NCBI GenBank assembly: GCA_046760905.1
Contig: JBHIFB010000003.1
Coordinates: 1-51,487, forward strand
Reading direction: 5' to 3'
Length of the DNA: 51,487 nt
Source: Candidatus Glassbacteria bacterium
Lineage (GTDB): Bacteria; Gemmatimonadota; CAZMKB01
Both the position numbers and the translations under genes were made by a program. Shown piece after piece: positions 8,980-19,622 of the stretch (position 1 is its first letter; every line of letters starts with the position of its first letter). Below the pieces are notes generated by a model that saw nothing but the letters and a program-made list of their open reading frames with translations, was not told where the DNA came from and made no database searches.

Positions 8980-9238
8980 TTTCTTGCGGTATAGGCTGTT
9001 ATCGCTATCGCAGGCGATCAGTTACATGCATAGTGGTTTTTAAAACTTATTTAGTGTCACAGAGATCGATATCTACCTATATTATGGGAAGTATTAGATC
9101 ATGGCAATAGGAATCTCCATATGAATTTCCCGGTCATTCCCGAACCTGATAGATTGTGACCGGATGTTGAGAACGTTCGGGACGCTCCGCTTGTCATCCT
9201 AACTCTTGAGCCCATCAGGCATTGCGATAAGGGATCCC

Positions 9239-9267
9239 TTGACGCTTTCGGGAATGAGGATTAAATT
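9239..9267 (+). promoter_or_regulatory. sigma70-type promoter candidate TTGACG-17 nt-TAAATT upstream of the TPR gene
   Basis: TTGACG at 9239-9244 and TAAATT at 9262-9267, about 30 nt before the ATG at 9297. Confidence 0.35.
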
Positions 9268-9296
9268 TCCTTGATTATAAGCGCAGGTGACATACT

Positions 9297-10967
9297 ATGA
9301 ATGGGAATTACGGTTTATCAAGATTTCTCCTCTTTCTCGCATTTTCATATCTCATTACGCCAACCACTGTGGGCGCATACAGTTCGAGGGCTGCGGTCTA
9401 TTTTGCTATGTCGGTCAGGCAGCAAATGAACGGTGAGCATGATGATGCCATAGAAAGCCTGAAGTGGGCCGTCATTCTTGATCCCCAGTCAACTTTTCTC
9501 CTGGAGAAACTCACAGAACAGCTTCACAGAATGGGTGACTATGAGACGATAATCGAAACCATCACCCCGCTCGCTCTGCAGCACGAGAGCCCGAAGATAT
9601 ACAAACTAATCGGATCCTCCTATGAGAGCCTCATGGATTACGATCAGGCGGTGCACTTTTACAAAAAAGCCCATTCCCTGGATCCGGATGATAAAGGCAA
9701 TATGGAGCATCTATGCAACCTGCTCGATTCGCTGGGGAAGCTTGAGGATGCCGAGTCACTAATCGGGGAGGGAGTCGCAAGATTCCCCGACTCGGTTGAC
9801 CTGCTTTATCTCATGGGAAGGCTCCGTTTCAGACAGGAACAGCTCGACAGCGCGTCAGCATATCTCAAGCGAGTTCTCGAAATCTCTCCTCTTCATACCG
9901 AGTCGCACTGGCTGCTGGGAAATATTTCTGAACGCAAGAGAGATTATGAATCTGCGAGGAGCTATTACGAATCGCTCCTGGTGATGAGACCGAATGACCC
10001 TGCTCTTCTGAGCGCCCTTTTAAGGGTGCTTTCAAAATCGCAGGAATTCGATAAAGCGATAGAATACGGGGAGAAGCTACTGGTCGCGAATCCTACAAAC
10101 AGTTCACTCATTGGGATGATGGGAATACTTTACTATGAAGTTGCCCTTTACGAGAAAGCCGTGGATGCGCTTGAGAAGGCGATAGCCTTAGGTAACACAG
10201 GCTATGACGTGCATCTTGTGCTCGGACAGTCTTTATTAGAGATCAACGAACAGGAGGAGGCCCTCAGGCAGTTCGAGATAACCACCAAGCTGGATTCCAC
10301 ACGGACCTCTGGGTGGTTGTATATGGGGCTTACATACCTGAGCATAGACCAGGCGGCGGATGCCCTGGCCGCGCTTGAACGAGCCGCCTCACTGGATACA
10401 TCGTTTGCGTATATCCATTACCTGCAGGGGCTCGCCCACAGCAGATTGGAGGATCACGAGGATGCCCTTGAGAGCTTTCAGCGTGCCCTGGCGCTTCAGC
10501 CGAACGACAGGGACATACTCTTCCAGTGCGCCGCAACATACGACAATCTCGGCAGAAAGGATAAGGCCGAAGAGATATTGCAAGAACTCCTGAAGAACTA
10601 TCCCGACGATGCTCCCATACTTAACTACCTCGGTTATCTTTGGGCCGAGCAGGCAAAGAATCTGATAGAGGCGAGGAGGCTGGTTACCAGAGCCCTGGAG
10701 AAAGACCCCGAAAACGGATATTACATAGATAGCCTTGGCTGGGTATACTATCAACTGGGAAAACTGGACAGTGCTCTCGTTGAGATGAAGCGTTCCTTGG
10801 ATAGAGTTGATGATGACCCCGTCATATTTGAACATCTGGGCGACATATATCGGGATCTCGGTGAGACTGGCAAAGCGAAAGAGGCTTGGGAGAAATCGCT
10901 GAAACTCGATCCAACCAATGATGGGCTCAAAAGAAAGCTCGAGAAAGCGCATGAGCAGAGGGAGTAG
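9297..10967 (+). CDS. Secreted tetratricopeptide-repeat (TPR) protein
   Basis: 556 aa. Signal-like N-terminus, then more than 10 repeats of about 34 aa with the A-x-x-x-Y/F-x-x-A-L-x-L-D-P pattern. Confidence 0.85.
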   Translation: MNGNYGLSRFLLFLAFSYLITPTTVGAYSSRAAVYFAMSVRQQMNGEHDDAIESLKWAVILDPQSTFLLEKLTEQLHRMGDYETIIETITPLALQHESPKIYKLIGSSYESLMDYDQAVHFYKKAHSLDPDDKGNMEHLCNLLDSLGKLEDAESLIGEGVARFPDSVDLLYLMGRLRFRQEQLDSASAYLKRVLEISPLHTESHWLLGNISERKRDYESARSYYESLLVMRPNDPALLSALLRVLSKSQEFDKAIEYGEKLLVANPTNSSLIGMMGILYYEVALYEKAVDALEKAIALGNTGYDVHLVLGQSLLEINEQEEALRQFEITTKLDSTRTSGWLYMGLTYLSIDQAADALAALERAASLDTSFAYIHYLQGLAHSRLEDHEDALESFQRALALQPNDRDILFQCAATYDNLGRKDKAEEILQELLKNYPDDAPILNYLGYLWAEQAKNLIEARRLVTRALEKDPENGYYIDSLGWVYYQLGKLDSALVEMKRSLDRVDDDPVIFEHLGDIYRDLGETGKAKEAWEKSLKLDPTNDGLKRKLEKAHEQRE

Positions 10968-11709
10968 ACCGTGGGCACTTTCGATCTTGCTCGCCGCTAT
11001 CGTGGCGAATTGCTCGCCGAGACTTATAAGCACAGACAGAGCGGCCGGAGGATCTCGCGAGGCGATAAGGTTGATCAATGGTTACAGAGAGAGCATCAGA
11101 ACATGTCGAAGAATCTTTTCGATCGATGCAAGGAGGAAATTGGGAGGGATCCGGGGGGAGGGAATTCTACTTTATGTGGGTCCTTCATTGTACAGGCTAG
11201 AGGTATGGGATGAAATGGGTAACCTGATCTTCCATTACGTTGAGAACAGTGATGAACATGAGCTCTTGATCCCCGAGGGAACTGAGGCGGTGTTTGCCCT
11301 GGATGAGAATGGAGATGCTATGATTTCGAGCACGGGGTTCACCCTCAGCGAGCTGAAGAGTATTGGGCTCTCCGCCTTCTCGTTCGCTGAGGAAGAGGAG
11401 GATCTATCTGTTGGCTCGGATGGGGATGTTTTGATGAGCCTGGTCTCTGAAAGCGGGCACTTACAGAAACAGCTTTCATTCGATGGAGAGAGCGGGATAC
11501 CCACCCGTTTCAGGGTGACGGCGGATGGAAAGACGCTGAGGGAGGCGAGCTTCGGCAACATGAAGGATGTTCAGGATATTACCAGGCCGATGCGTATCGA
11601 GATCGTTGATCATGAGAATTCAACCAGAGTTAAGTTACTGGTCCAGCAAGAACTTATTAATGAGTCTATTCCCGACAGCCTCTTCTCTTTGAGCGAGGTG
11701 GGCAGATGA
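10951..11709 (+). CDS. Lipoprotein, LolB/DUF4292-like (tentative)
   Basis: ORF 10918..11709. The internal ATG at 10951 gives MSRGSRPWALSILLAAIVANCS with a lipobox-like Cys. The position between the TPR and LptE-like genes fits outer-membrane biogenesis. Confidence 0.4.
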   Translation: MSRGSRPWALSILLAAIVANCSPRLISTDRAAGGSREAIRLINGYRESIRTCRRIFSIDARRKLGGIRGEGILLYVGPSLYRLEVWDEMGNLIFHYVENSDEHELLIPEGTEAVFALDENGDAMISSTGFTLSELKSIGLSAFSFAEEEEDLSVGSDGDVLMSLVSESGHLQKQLSFDGESGIPTRFRVTADGKTLREASFGNMKDVQDITRPMRIEIVDHENSTRVKLLVQQELINESIPDSLFSLSEVGR

Positions 11710-12212
11710 AAATCGGAAATGATCGCTCAGTCGCAGGTTGTGCTTATTTAATGCTTATTTTGTTCCTCTCATCATGTGGTGTTTATTCGACGTCGACCCA
11801 GATCGCACCGCATCTGAAAACAGTATATGTGCCTACATTCAAGAACAAAACGTCTGAATTTTACATCCCTCAACTTATCACGGATGGAATAATAGAGAGG
11901 CTCCTAAACGAGAGCAACCTCAGAGTCTCTTCGACTGAGGATGCGGATTCCATTCTAAGAGGGACCATCCTGGATTATAGAGTGGAGGCTCTTGCATATA
12001 CCGGGGAAGGCGAAGTTAAATCAAGGCGTGTGAGGCTTCTGATGGAGGCCGAGTTTGTCGATCAGATCAAGAACAAAGTTATATGGAAGGCGGATAATAT
12101 GGAGAGGTGGGGAACCTATGATTCGGATACAGAGACTGAGAGGGATGGCGCAGAACGCGCAATAGAAAAACTTGCTCAGGATATAGTGACACAATCACTG
12201 CAGGGTTGGTAA
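11706..12212 (+). CDS. LptE-like LPS-assembly lipoprotein (tentative)
   Basis: Lipobox LFLSSCG followed by VYVPTFKNKT. About 170 aa. Overlaps the upstream gene by 4 nt. Confidence 0.5.
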   Translation: MKIGNDRSVAGCAYLMLILFLSSCGVYSTSTQIAPHLKTVYVPTFKNKTSEFYIPQLITDGIIERLLNESNLRVSSTEDADSILRGTILDYRVEALAYTGEGEVKSRRVRLLMEAEFVDQIKNKVIWKADNMERWGTYDSDTETERDGAERAIEKLAQDIVTQSLQGW

Positions 12213-12214
12213 AG

Positions 12215-12718
12215 ATGTTGAACCGGATGGTATTAGTTCTTAATCAGAGTTATGAACCTTTGAGCGTTACCCATGCAAAGAGGGCGATTATTCTTGTGCT
12301 TCTGGGGAAAGCAGAAATAGTGGAGAGACACAATGAGGAGGTACGTTCAGTCAGTATCTCCGTTCCGCTGCCGAGTATAGTCCGTCTGTCGCTCTACGTA
12401 AAAGCCTTCAAGAGGGACATAGCCCTTAACAGGAAGAACATACTGAAAAGGGATAACTTCACCTGCCAGTACTGCGGGAAGAGGCACGAAGTGCTCACGA
12501 CCGATCACGTCATACCTAAGTCCCAGGGTGGGTCGGAGAGCTGGAGCAACCTCGTCACTGCATGTATCAAATGCAACAACTTGAAAGGGGACAGGACCAC
12601 CGAACAGGCAGGTCTTTCGCTGTTGCAGAAGCCGAGGAAACCTCACCGGTATTCTTATGTCCGTTTCTTCTCTTCCATCCCGGATGACCGATGGAAGCCG
12701 TATCTTTTTCTGGATTAA
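12215..12718 (+). CDS. HNH endonuclease family protein
   Basis: CQYCGKRHEVLTTDHVIPKSQGGSESWSNLVTACIKCNNLKGDRT. The ATG at 12215 lies 2 nt after the lptE-like stop. The ORF track begins at the TTG at 12206. Confidence 0.8.
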   Translation: MLNRMVLVLNQSYEPLSVTHAKRAIILVLLGKAEIVERHNEEVRSVSISVPLPSIVRLSLYVKAFKRDIALNRKNILKRDNFTCQYCGKRHEVLTTDHVIPKSQGGSESWSNLVTACIKCNNLKGDRTTEQAGLSLLQKPRKPHRYSYVRFFSSIPDDRWKPYLFLD

Positions 12719-12736
12719 ATCGTCGATTTATGTCCT

Positions 12737-13666
12737 ATGATTAGAGGATCGATAGTAGCTCTCATAACACCCTTCAACAGCATGGGATCCCTTGACATCC
12801 AGCTTCTGAGAGATCTTATCAACTTCCACATGAAGAGCGGAACGGATGGTATCCTGGTTTCCGGCACTACCGGTGAGAGTCCCACTCTGACTCCACAGGA
12901 GCGGAGGGCCCTCCTTGAGGTAGCAGTCGAAGAGTGCGGCGGCGAGACAACTGTAATAGCCGGCTGTGGAACGAATTCGACTGTGAAAGCCATCGAACTC
13001 ACAAGGGAAGCCCTCGAGATCGGAGCAACGGCCGGACTCTCAGTCTGCCCTTACTACAACAAACCCACTCAGGAAGGATTATATAAGCACTTCATGGAAA
13101 TCGGGGATGTGGGGCTTCCGATAGTGCTTTATAATGTTCCCGGGAGAACCTGTGTAAACATGTCGCCTGAAACGGTCAGGCGTCTATCTCTCCATGATAA
13201 CATAGTTGCCATAAAGGAAGCGAGCGGGGATATCGGTCAGATCAAAGAGATACTGAACACATCGCGGCGGGGATTCTCAGTTCTATCCGGCGATGACAGC
13301 CTCACTTTCGATGTTCTAAAGCATGGTGGTAGCGGTGTCATATCGGTAACGGCAAATCTGCTTCCAGGCAAGGTGAAGGAAGTAATCGGGAAAGCTATCG
13401 ATGGCGATTGGGAAGCGGCAGGTAAGCTGCACGATCATCTTCTTCCACTGCATAGAGGCATGTTCATCGAAACAAATCCAATACCTGTGAAGGAAGCCTT
13501 GAACTTGATAGGGTGGAGTGTGGGGGTGCCAAGACTCCCGCTCACAAAGATTTCGAAAGATGGGCTCACCAGTTTGAAGAGAATCCTCTCGGAGTATGAG
13601 GCTGATATTGACAAGGAACACTCACCGTTTCTTCGCCAGAGTGCGGTGAAGGGGAGAGATGTATGA
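12737..13666 (+). CDS. dapA: 4-hydroxy-tetrahydrodipicolinate synthase
   Basis: GTTGESPTLT and the Schiff-base lysine context VAIKEASGD. Confidence 0.92.
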   Translation: MIRGSIVALITPFNSMGSLDIQLLRDLINFHMKSGTDGILVSGTTGESPTLTPQERRALLEVAVEECGGETTVIAGCGTNSTVKAIELTREALEIGATAGLSVCPYYNKPTQEGLYKHFMEIGDVGLPIVLYNVPGRTCVNMSPETVRRLSLHDNIVAIKEASGDIGQIKEILNTSRRGFSVLSGDDSLTFDVLKHGGSGVISVTANLLPGKVKEVIGKAIDGDWEAAGKLHDHLLPLHRGMFIETNPIPVKEALNLIGWSVGVPRLPLTKISKDGLTSLKRILSEYEADIDKEHSPFLRQSAVKGRDV

Positions 13667-14427
13667 AGCTCGTTGTGAACGGGGCAATGGGGAGGATGGG
13701 AAAGGCTGTGATTTTGGAAGCCCAAAGTAGTGGAGGCTTCGAGCTGGTTGGCGCCATAGAGTCGCCCCGGTCGGAACTAAAGGGCACGTTCCTTGATGAA
13801 ATCCTCGGTTCGGCCTACCCCCACCTGAAAGTGACAGGCGGATGGCACGAATCATTCCGGCGGGCCGATGTAGTAATCGATTTCTCGCTTCCGGAGGGAA
13901 CGATGCAGATCCTTCCTCATTTGAATCGATTCGGGATTCCTCTTGTAAGTGGCACAACCGGGCTGTCAGATGAAGAATGGCGAAGGCTAACAGAAGCGTC
14001 AAAAGAAATAGCAATATTTCATTCCCCCAACATGAGTGTGGGCATGTATGTAATGTCGCAAGCAACGAGGATTGTCGCGGAAAGGCTCCCTGAGTCATGG
14101 GATTTTGAGTTGATCGAAGTTCACCACAAGATGAAGAAGGATTACCCGAGCGGTACCGCGCTCCAGATGTCGAGTACAGTTTCAAAGATCCGGCACAAAA
14201 AAGTCGAAGACAGCCCTGAGGGAACCAGAATACATTCACTCAGGATAGGCGATGTGCCCGGAAGGCACCTTGCGATGTTTGCAGGTAGGGGGGAAGTTGT
14301 GGAGCTCTGTCACAACGTGCATTCAAGAGCTGCATTCGCTAACGGATCGCTGGTGGCTGCACGCTTCATAAAGGATAAGGAACCTGGCTTCTACAGCATG
14401 GATGATATATTCGCCGGACTGGAGTAG
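13663..14427 (+). CDS. dapB: 4-hydroxy-tetrahydrodipicolinate reductase
   Basis: NGAMGRMGKAV dinucleotide fold and EVHHKMKKDYPSGTA. Overlaps dapA by 4 nt. Confidence 0.9.
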   Translation: MKLVVNGAMGRMGKAVILEAQSSGGFELVGAIESPRSELKGTFLDEILGSAYPHLKVTGGWHESFRRADVVIDFSLPEGTMQILPHLNRFGIPLVSGTTGLSDEEWRRLTEASKEIAIFHSPNMSVGMYVMSQATRIVAERLPESWDFELIEVHHKMKKDYPSGTALQMSSTVSKIRHKKVEDSPEGTRIHSLRIGDVPGRHLAMFAGRGEVVELCHNVHSRAAFANGSLVAARFIKDKEPGFYSMDDIFAGLE

Positions 14428-14442
14428 GGGGAAGGCATTCGG

Positions 14443-15603
14443 ATGGATATAAAGTATTCAAAAAGACTTTCTATGATACCTGCTTATATTTTCCAGCGCC
14501 TTTCGGAGATGAAAGAAGCCCAGCTCCAGCTCGGGAAGGATATTATCGATCTCGGTATCGGTGATCCTGATCTTCCCACCCCCCGCAGGATAATAGAGAG
14601 GCTTAAAGCGGAGTCTGAAAAACCGGAGAATCATCACTATCCACCTTATGCCGGAATCAGGCCTTTCAAGGATGCTATTGCCAGATGGTACAAGGGGAGA
14701 TTCGGAATCGATATAGATGCCGATAAGGAGGTGATAGTCCTGATAGGTTCGAAGGAAGGCATCGCTCACATATTTCTGTCGTTCATCGATCCGGGTGATG
14801 TGGCGCTTTGCCCGAATCCTTCGTATCCCGTCTACTCACCAGCTACCGTCTTTGCCGGCGGCACCCCCTTCTATGTTCCACTTCGGGAAGAGAATAATTT
14901 CCTGCCTGACATCTCCTCAATACCCAAGGAGATTGCTCGGAGAGCCAGATTGTTTATAATAAATTACCCGAACAACCCGACGGCCGCTGTCATAGATAAG
15001 GAGAGCCTCGAGCTGATCGTTTCCTTCTGCAGATCGAACGAGATCATCCTCTGCCAGGATGCGGCATACTCCATGCTCACGTTTGATGGCTACGAGTATC
15101 CAGCCCTCTTCTCGATAGACGGTGCCAGGGAAGTCGGAGTGGAATTTCATTCTCTCTCCAAGACCTTCAACATGACAGGTTGGAGGGTGGGCTTCGCAGT
15201 TGGGAGAGAGGAGATCCTGAGAGGCCTGCTGAGGATAAAATCGAACATGGATTCGGGTGTTTTCCCCGCCATACAGCAAGCCGGTGTCGAAGCTCTCGAA
15301 AATTGTCAGACCGATGTGGCAAAGAACGTCAGGGTATTCGCAAGACGGAGGGACAGGGTGGTGAACGAATTGAAGAAACTGGGTTGGAACGTGAGGAAAC
15401 CTTACGGTACTTTCTATCTCTGGCTCAGGACTCCTGGAAGGGTGTCATCCATGGAATTCACCAAAGAGGTTCTTGAAAGATGTGGCATCCTGCTGACACC
15501 GGGCATTGGTTTTGGAGAAGAGGGGGAAGGATATATCCGAATAGCACTCACACTAGAAGAGGAGAGGCTCGAGGAGGCGCTCCACAGGCTCATCAGGTTA
15601 TGA
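14443..15603 (+). CDS. dapL: Class I/II aminotransferase, probably LL-diaminopimelate aminotransferase
   Basis: [12 protein letters not shown] and the PLP lysine motif [14 protein letters not shown]. The gene sits between dapB and lysC. Confidence 0.7.
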   Translation: MDIKYSKRLSMIPAYIFQRLSEMKEAQLQLGKDIIDLGIGDPDLPTPRRIIERLKAESEKPENHHYPPYAGIRPFKDAIARWYKGRFGIDIDADKEVIVLIGSKEGIAHIFLSFIDPGDVALCPNPSYPVYSPATVFAGGTPFYVPLREENNFLPDISSIPKEIARRARLFIINYPNNPTAAVIDKESLELIVSFCRSNEIILCQDAAYSMLTFDGYEYPALFSIDGAREVGVEFHSLSKTFNMTGWRVGFAVGREEILRGLLRIKSNMDSGVFPAIQQAGVEALENCQTDVAKNVRVFARRRDRVVNELKKLGWNVRKPYGTFYLWLRTPGRVSSMEFTKEVLERCGILLTPGIGFGEEGEGYIRIALTLEEERLEEALHRLIRL

Positions 15604-16820
15604 GAAGAGAGAACGGGAATATTATCATCCAGAAATACGGCGGCAGCTCGGTGGAAAGCCCGGAAAGGCTAAAGGAGGTCGCAAGGAGAATCATACAATG
15701 CAAGGAAGCCGGTGACCACATTGTCGTCGTCGTCTCAGCGATGGGTAACACAACAGATGAACTCATTGAACTGGCTCACAGGATCTCACCTGTGCCTGCT
15801 CGCAGAGAGCTCGACATGCTTCTCTCGGTCGGTGAGAGGATCTCCATGACGCTCCTCTCCATGGCGATTAATGATCTCGGTCATAAGGCGATCTCTTTCA
15901 CCGGTTCTCAGAGCGGGATCATAACCGATGAAAGGCACACAAATGCGAGGATAGTGGAGGTCAGGGCATCAAGGATACTGGAGGAGCTCGAAAAGGACAA
16001 GGTGGTGATAGTGGCGGGCTACCAGGGTGTGAGCAGGTCGAAGGAGGTTACAACTCTCGGCAGGGGGGGCTCGGATACAACCGCGATAGCACTCGCGGCA
16101 GCTTTGGGCGCACGAGTGTGTGAGATATATACAGATGTAGATGGCGTCTATACAGCTGACCCGGGCCTCGTGAAGGATGCGAAGAAACACACACGTCTCT
16201 CCTACGATGAGATGCTTTCACTCTCCGCCGCCGGTGGAACAATACTCAAGAAAGATGCGATGGAGTTTGCGAAAAGCAGAGGCATCAGAGTCGTTATAAG
16301 ATCCAGCTTCTCCGAGGACCCCGGCACAGAGATCGGGATGGTGGAAGGGGGAGTCACAAGCCAGGTAATAGCGGTCACCCAGCAATTGGATCTGGTCGCC
16401 TTGCTATTTGACGGGATGAAAACCAGGGAGAAGATCCTCGAATTCATAAGAGATCTAAACAAAGAGGGTATCGAAGTTAGGGATTTCATTCTTGATTGTT
16501 CGGATGCGGAAACGGTTGCGGATCATCTATTCCTTGCGATATCGGCATCGCATGAATTCGAGCGAAATTACGTAGAAAACGCAGCAAAGCGTTTACTCGC
16601 GGGACATGGCCATCGCCTTTTTGAATGTGGATCGGTATCGATCGTGGCCAGTGCCGATTCGTACCTTCCCGAGTTGTACTGTCGGATCCTGCAGCTTCTT
16701 CAAGCTTACAAGATAAGGACCTATGGAATGAAGAAGGAATTCGCCGCTATAACCGCATACATCGAGAGAAAGGATGCTGAGACGGCCTTGTCCATCCTTC
16801 ACAGGGAGCTGGTTCAGTGA
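15600..16820 (+). CDS. lysC: Aspartate kinase
   Basis: [21 protein letters not shown] and C-terminal ACT-like repeats. The ATG at 15600 overlaps the dapL stop (ATGA). The ORF-track extension back to 15480 is rejected. Confidence 0.9.
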   Translation: MRRENGNIIIQKYGGSSVESPERLKEVARRIIQCKEAGDHIVVVVSAMGNTTDELIELAHRISPVPARRELDMLLSVGERISMTLLSMAINDLGHKAISFTGSQSGIITDERHTNARIVEVRASRILEELEKDKVVIVAGYQGVSRSKEVTTLGRGGSDTTAIALAAALGARVCEIYTDVDGVYTADPGLVKDAKKHTRLSYDEMLSLSAAGGTILKKDAMEFAKSRGIRVVIRSSFSEDPGTEIGMVEGGVTSQVIAVTQQLDLVALLFDGMKTREKILEFIRDLNKEGIEVRDFILDCSDAETVADHLFLAISASHEFERNYVENAAKRLLAGHGHRLFECGSVSIVASADSYLPELYCRILQLLQAYKIRTYGMKKEFAAITAYIERKDAETALSILHRELVQ

Positions 16821-16842
16821 TTGACGATCAGAGTGGTGGAAT

Positions 16843-17835
16843 ATGAAAGTGGCCGTCGTCGGCGCGACAGGGCTTGTCGGAAGCACATTGGTCAGGCTCC
16901 TTGATGAGAATGAGATCCTATCCCGAAACCTGACTCTGGTAGCATCTGCCAGATCAGCAGGAACCATTTTCTCCGCTTCGGGCGAATCACGTCCTGTTCT
17001 TGATATCGGCTCCAGGTGGCATGTCAATCAGGATCTTGTGTTTCTCATGGCGGGTCGAAACATCTCGAGAAGGGAGATACCGCAGCTCAGGGACAAAGTT
17101 CCCCTCATAATCGATAATTCCTCAGCATTCAGGATGGAGCCGGATGTGCCGCTCGTAGTGCCTCAGGTTAATCCGGAAGCTGCTAGGCAGCATAGCGGTC
17201 TGATAGCGAATCCCAATTGCTCAACAATACAACTCGTCGTAGCGGTGAATCCGATCCACAAACTGTCTCCGGTAACGAGGATTCACGTTTCGACCTATCA
17301 GGCTGCCTCCGGAGCCGGCAAGGAGTTCATGGAAAGGTTCTGGAAGGAGGCCAGAGAAGACGTTAAGCTCGAACCGCGGGAAATTTCTGGCAGGTCTGAG
17401 ACACTTTCCTTCAATCTCCTTCCTGTGATAGATACGATACTCGAAGACGGCTACACCAGAGAAGAAGAAAAGATTATGGAGGAAACCCGGAAAATCCTCT
17501 CCGATGAATCGATACACGTATCGGCCACAGCGATTCGTGTTCCGGTGGTGAATGCTCACAGTGAGTCTGTGTATCTTGAAACCGTCGACGGACTCGATAT
17601 CGAATGCGTCAAATCGGCCCTATCACAAGCGCCGGGAGTAAGATTCGTTGAGGACTATAATAACCCCCCCACGCCAAGGCAGGTCTCAGGTTCTGGCGAT
17701 GTCTTCGTAAGCAGGTTGAGGAAGGACAGGGACCGGGAAAATGCAATTCACATGTGGGTCGTAGCGGACAACCTGAGGAAGGGCGCAGCACTGAATGCCC
17801 TGGAAATAGCGAAGCTCTTCATGCAGGAATGTTGA
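16843..17835 (+). CDS. asd: Aspartate-semialdehyde dehydrogenase (short form)
   Basis: MKVAVVGATGLVGS and the active-site IANPNCSTIQL. Confidence 0.92.
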   Translation: MKVAVVGATGLVGSTLVRLLDENEILSRNLTLVASARSAGTIFSASGESRPVLDIGSRWHVNQDLVFLMAGRNISRREIPQLRDKVPLIIDNSSAFRMEPDVPLVVPQVNPEAARQHSGLIANPNCSTIQLVVAVNPIHKLSPVTRIHVSTYQAASGAGKEFMERFWKEAREDVKLEPREISGRSETLSFNLLPVIDTILEDGYTREEEKIMEETRKILSDESIHVSATAIRVPVVNAHSESVYLETVDGLDIECVKSALSQAPGVRFVEDYNNPPTPRQVSGSGDVFVSRLRKDRDRENAIHMWVVADNLRKGAALNALEIAKLFMQEC

Positions 17836-17909
17836 CATCGGATTTCTTCATCGTTAGAATATAGTCTTACGATTTCCCGAATGCATTAATCAGGCTCTTT
17901 GGAACCGTC

Positions 17910-19232
17910 ATGCATGAAAACAACCTGCTCGAGATAACAACCCACCTGGTGCTTCAGCTTGCCGTTATTCTCTTTGCCGCAAAGATAGCGGCTGAAATTT
18001 TTGTCAGATATCTGAAGCAGCCGGCAGTCCTGGGAGAGCTCATAGTTGGCATGATCCTGGGCCCCTATGCCCTCGGGAGCCTCATACCCGTTCCAGGAAT
18101 GTCAGAGGGGTTAAACACCCTGTTCCCCCTTCCGAATTCCATGGGAGGATCACATGCCGTGACCGTACCGGTATCGAATGAATTGTGGGTTATAGGGCAG
18201 ATAGCCGTTGTTATACTCCTTTTCATCGCGGGCCTCGAAACCGATCTGGATCAGTTTATCAGGTATGGCTTCCGCGCCCTTGTGATAGCTATTGGCGGCG
18301 TCATCGCTCCTTTCCTGCTTGGGGCATACGCCACCGTCGCATTCGGTTTCGCAGCGTCAATCATGGATCCTGTCTCACTTTTCATGGGTGCGATAATGAC
18401 TGCCACATCGGTTGGCATTACGGCTCGTGTGCTGAGTGATATAGGGAAAATAGCAACTCCGGAAGGAGTCACGATACTGGCCGGCGCCGTTGTGGATGAT
18501 GTGCTGGGTATACTCGTTCTAGCAATTGTTGTGAGTATATCGAAGGCGGGGGCGGTATCCACTTCTGCAATCGGTTTACTAGCGCTGAAGGCCTTCGGAT
18601 TCTGGCTTGGACTAACTACTGTTTCGATACTTATGGCAAAACTGATCGCCAGGGCTCTTGAGGCACTCAAAACGGAAGGAGCCTCCATGACTCTTGCCCT
18701 GGGGCTATGTTTCCTAATCGCTGCGATAACGGAACTGTTCGGTCTCGCGATGATAATTGGGGCATACATGATCGGGCTTGCCCTCTCGAACACGGAGATC
18801 GCCGAAAGGCTCGAGGAGTCTCTGAGATCCATATATCATGCTTTTGTACCGATATTTTTCGTTGTGATGGGTATGCTCGTGGACTTCAGAGCCATGCAGT
18901 CGGCCATCCTTTTCGGGGTGGTGATTAGTATTCTCGCCATAATAAGCAAGGTGTTCGGTTGCGGAATACCCGCTCTCGGCGTGGGATTCAACATGGCCGG
19001 AAGTTTCAGAATCGGAATCGGCATGCTGCCACGTGGAGAGGTAGCGCTTATCATTGCAGGCGTTGGGCTGGCGAGCGGCGTAATCGATAATACGATTTTT
19101 GGAGTCTCTATAATGATGACATTCGTCACCACCCTTATGGCTCCCATAATCCTCGTTCCAATTTTCAAGAGGGGTGGGCATGGCAGGAGAGTGCAGGAAA
19201 GCAGTGACTCAGATCGGAGAGACGAACTATGA
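17910..19232 (+). CDS. Cation:proton antiporter (CPA2/Kef-NapA type, no C-terminal regulatory domain)
   Basis: 440 aa with about 12 hydrophobic helices and Na+/H+ exchanger-like composition. Confidence 0.8.
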   Translation: MHENNLLEITTHLVLQLAVILFAAKIAAEIFVRYLKQPAVLGELIVGMILGPYALGSLIPVPGMSEGLNTLFPLPNSMGGSHAVTVPVSNELWVIGQIAVVILLFIAGLETDLDQFIRYGFRALVIAIGGVIAPFLLGAYATVAFGFAASIMDPVSLFMGAIMTATSVGITARVLSDIGKIATPEGVTILAGAVVDDVLGILVLAIVVSISKAGAVSTSAIGLLALKAFGFWLGLTTVSILMAKLIARALEALKTEGASMTLALGLCFLIAAITELFGLAMIIGAYMIGLALSNTEIAERLEESLRSIYHAFVPIFFVVMGMLVDFRAMQSAILFGVVISILAIISKVFGCGIPALGVGFNMAGSFRIGIGMLPRGEVALIIAGVGLASGVIDNTIFGVSIMMTFVTTLMAPIILVPIFKRGGHGRRVQESSDSDRRDEL

Positions 19233-19606
19233 AAAAGTATAAGATAGAAGGCAAAAAGGAGCTGATCCACTTGCTCAGCCGCGCAATAAGAGATCGGGTG
19301 GAGAAAGAGGGCTTCAACATACGTGTTCATCTTTCTGAGCCTATTCACGAGGCCACGGTCTTCGAATATGAGAAAGATGCCGGGAAAATTGTGATCACCC
19401 TGGATGACGGCTCTCTAGGAGGCTCGAATCTCACCGTGGAATCAGAGGAAGTGGATACATTCGCGGTTGTGCACTCCGCTGCGATAGATGTGATTGCCGG
19501 GCTAATCGATATGTATCTGAAGCCCATGGTTAGAGATAGGGATAGGATGAGAATTCTGGAAAGAATCCGGGATCTGGTTGAAAAGGCTGTTAGGAAAGGG
19601 AAGTGA
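19229..19606 (+). CDS. Hypothetical cytoplasmic protein, translationally coupled to the antiporter
   Basis: 125-aa ORF whose ATG overlaps the antiporter stop (ATGA). No recognisable domain. Confidence 0.5.
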   Translation: MKKYKIEGKKELIHLLSRAIRDRVEKEGFNIRVHLSEPIHEATVFEYEKDAGKIVITLDDGSLGGSNLTVESEEVDTFAVVHSAAIDVIAGLIDMYLKPMVRDRDRMRILERIRDLVEKAVRKGK

Positions 19607-19622
19607 GGGGAAGGTGGGGAAC

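Noticed and set aside
15480-15599. Upstream extension of the aspartate kinase ORF.
   Set aside because: The extension lies entirely inside the aminotransferase gene in another frame. The ATG at 15600 gives the canonical N-terminus and an ATGA overlap.
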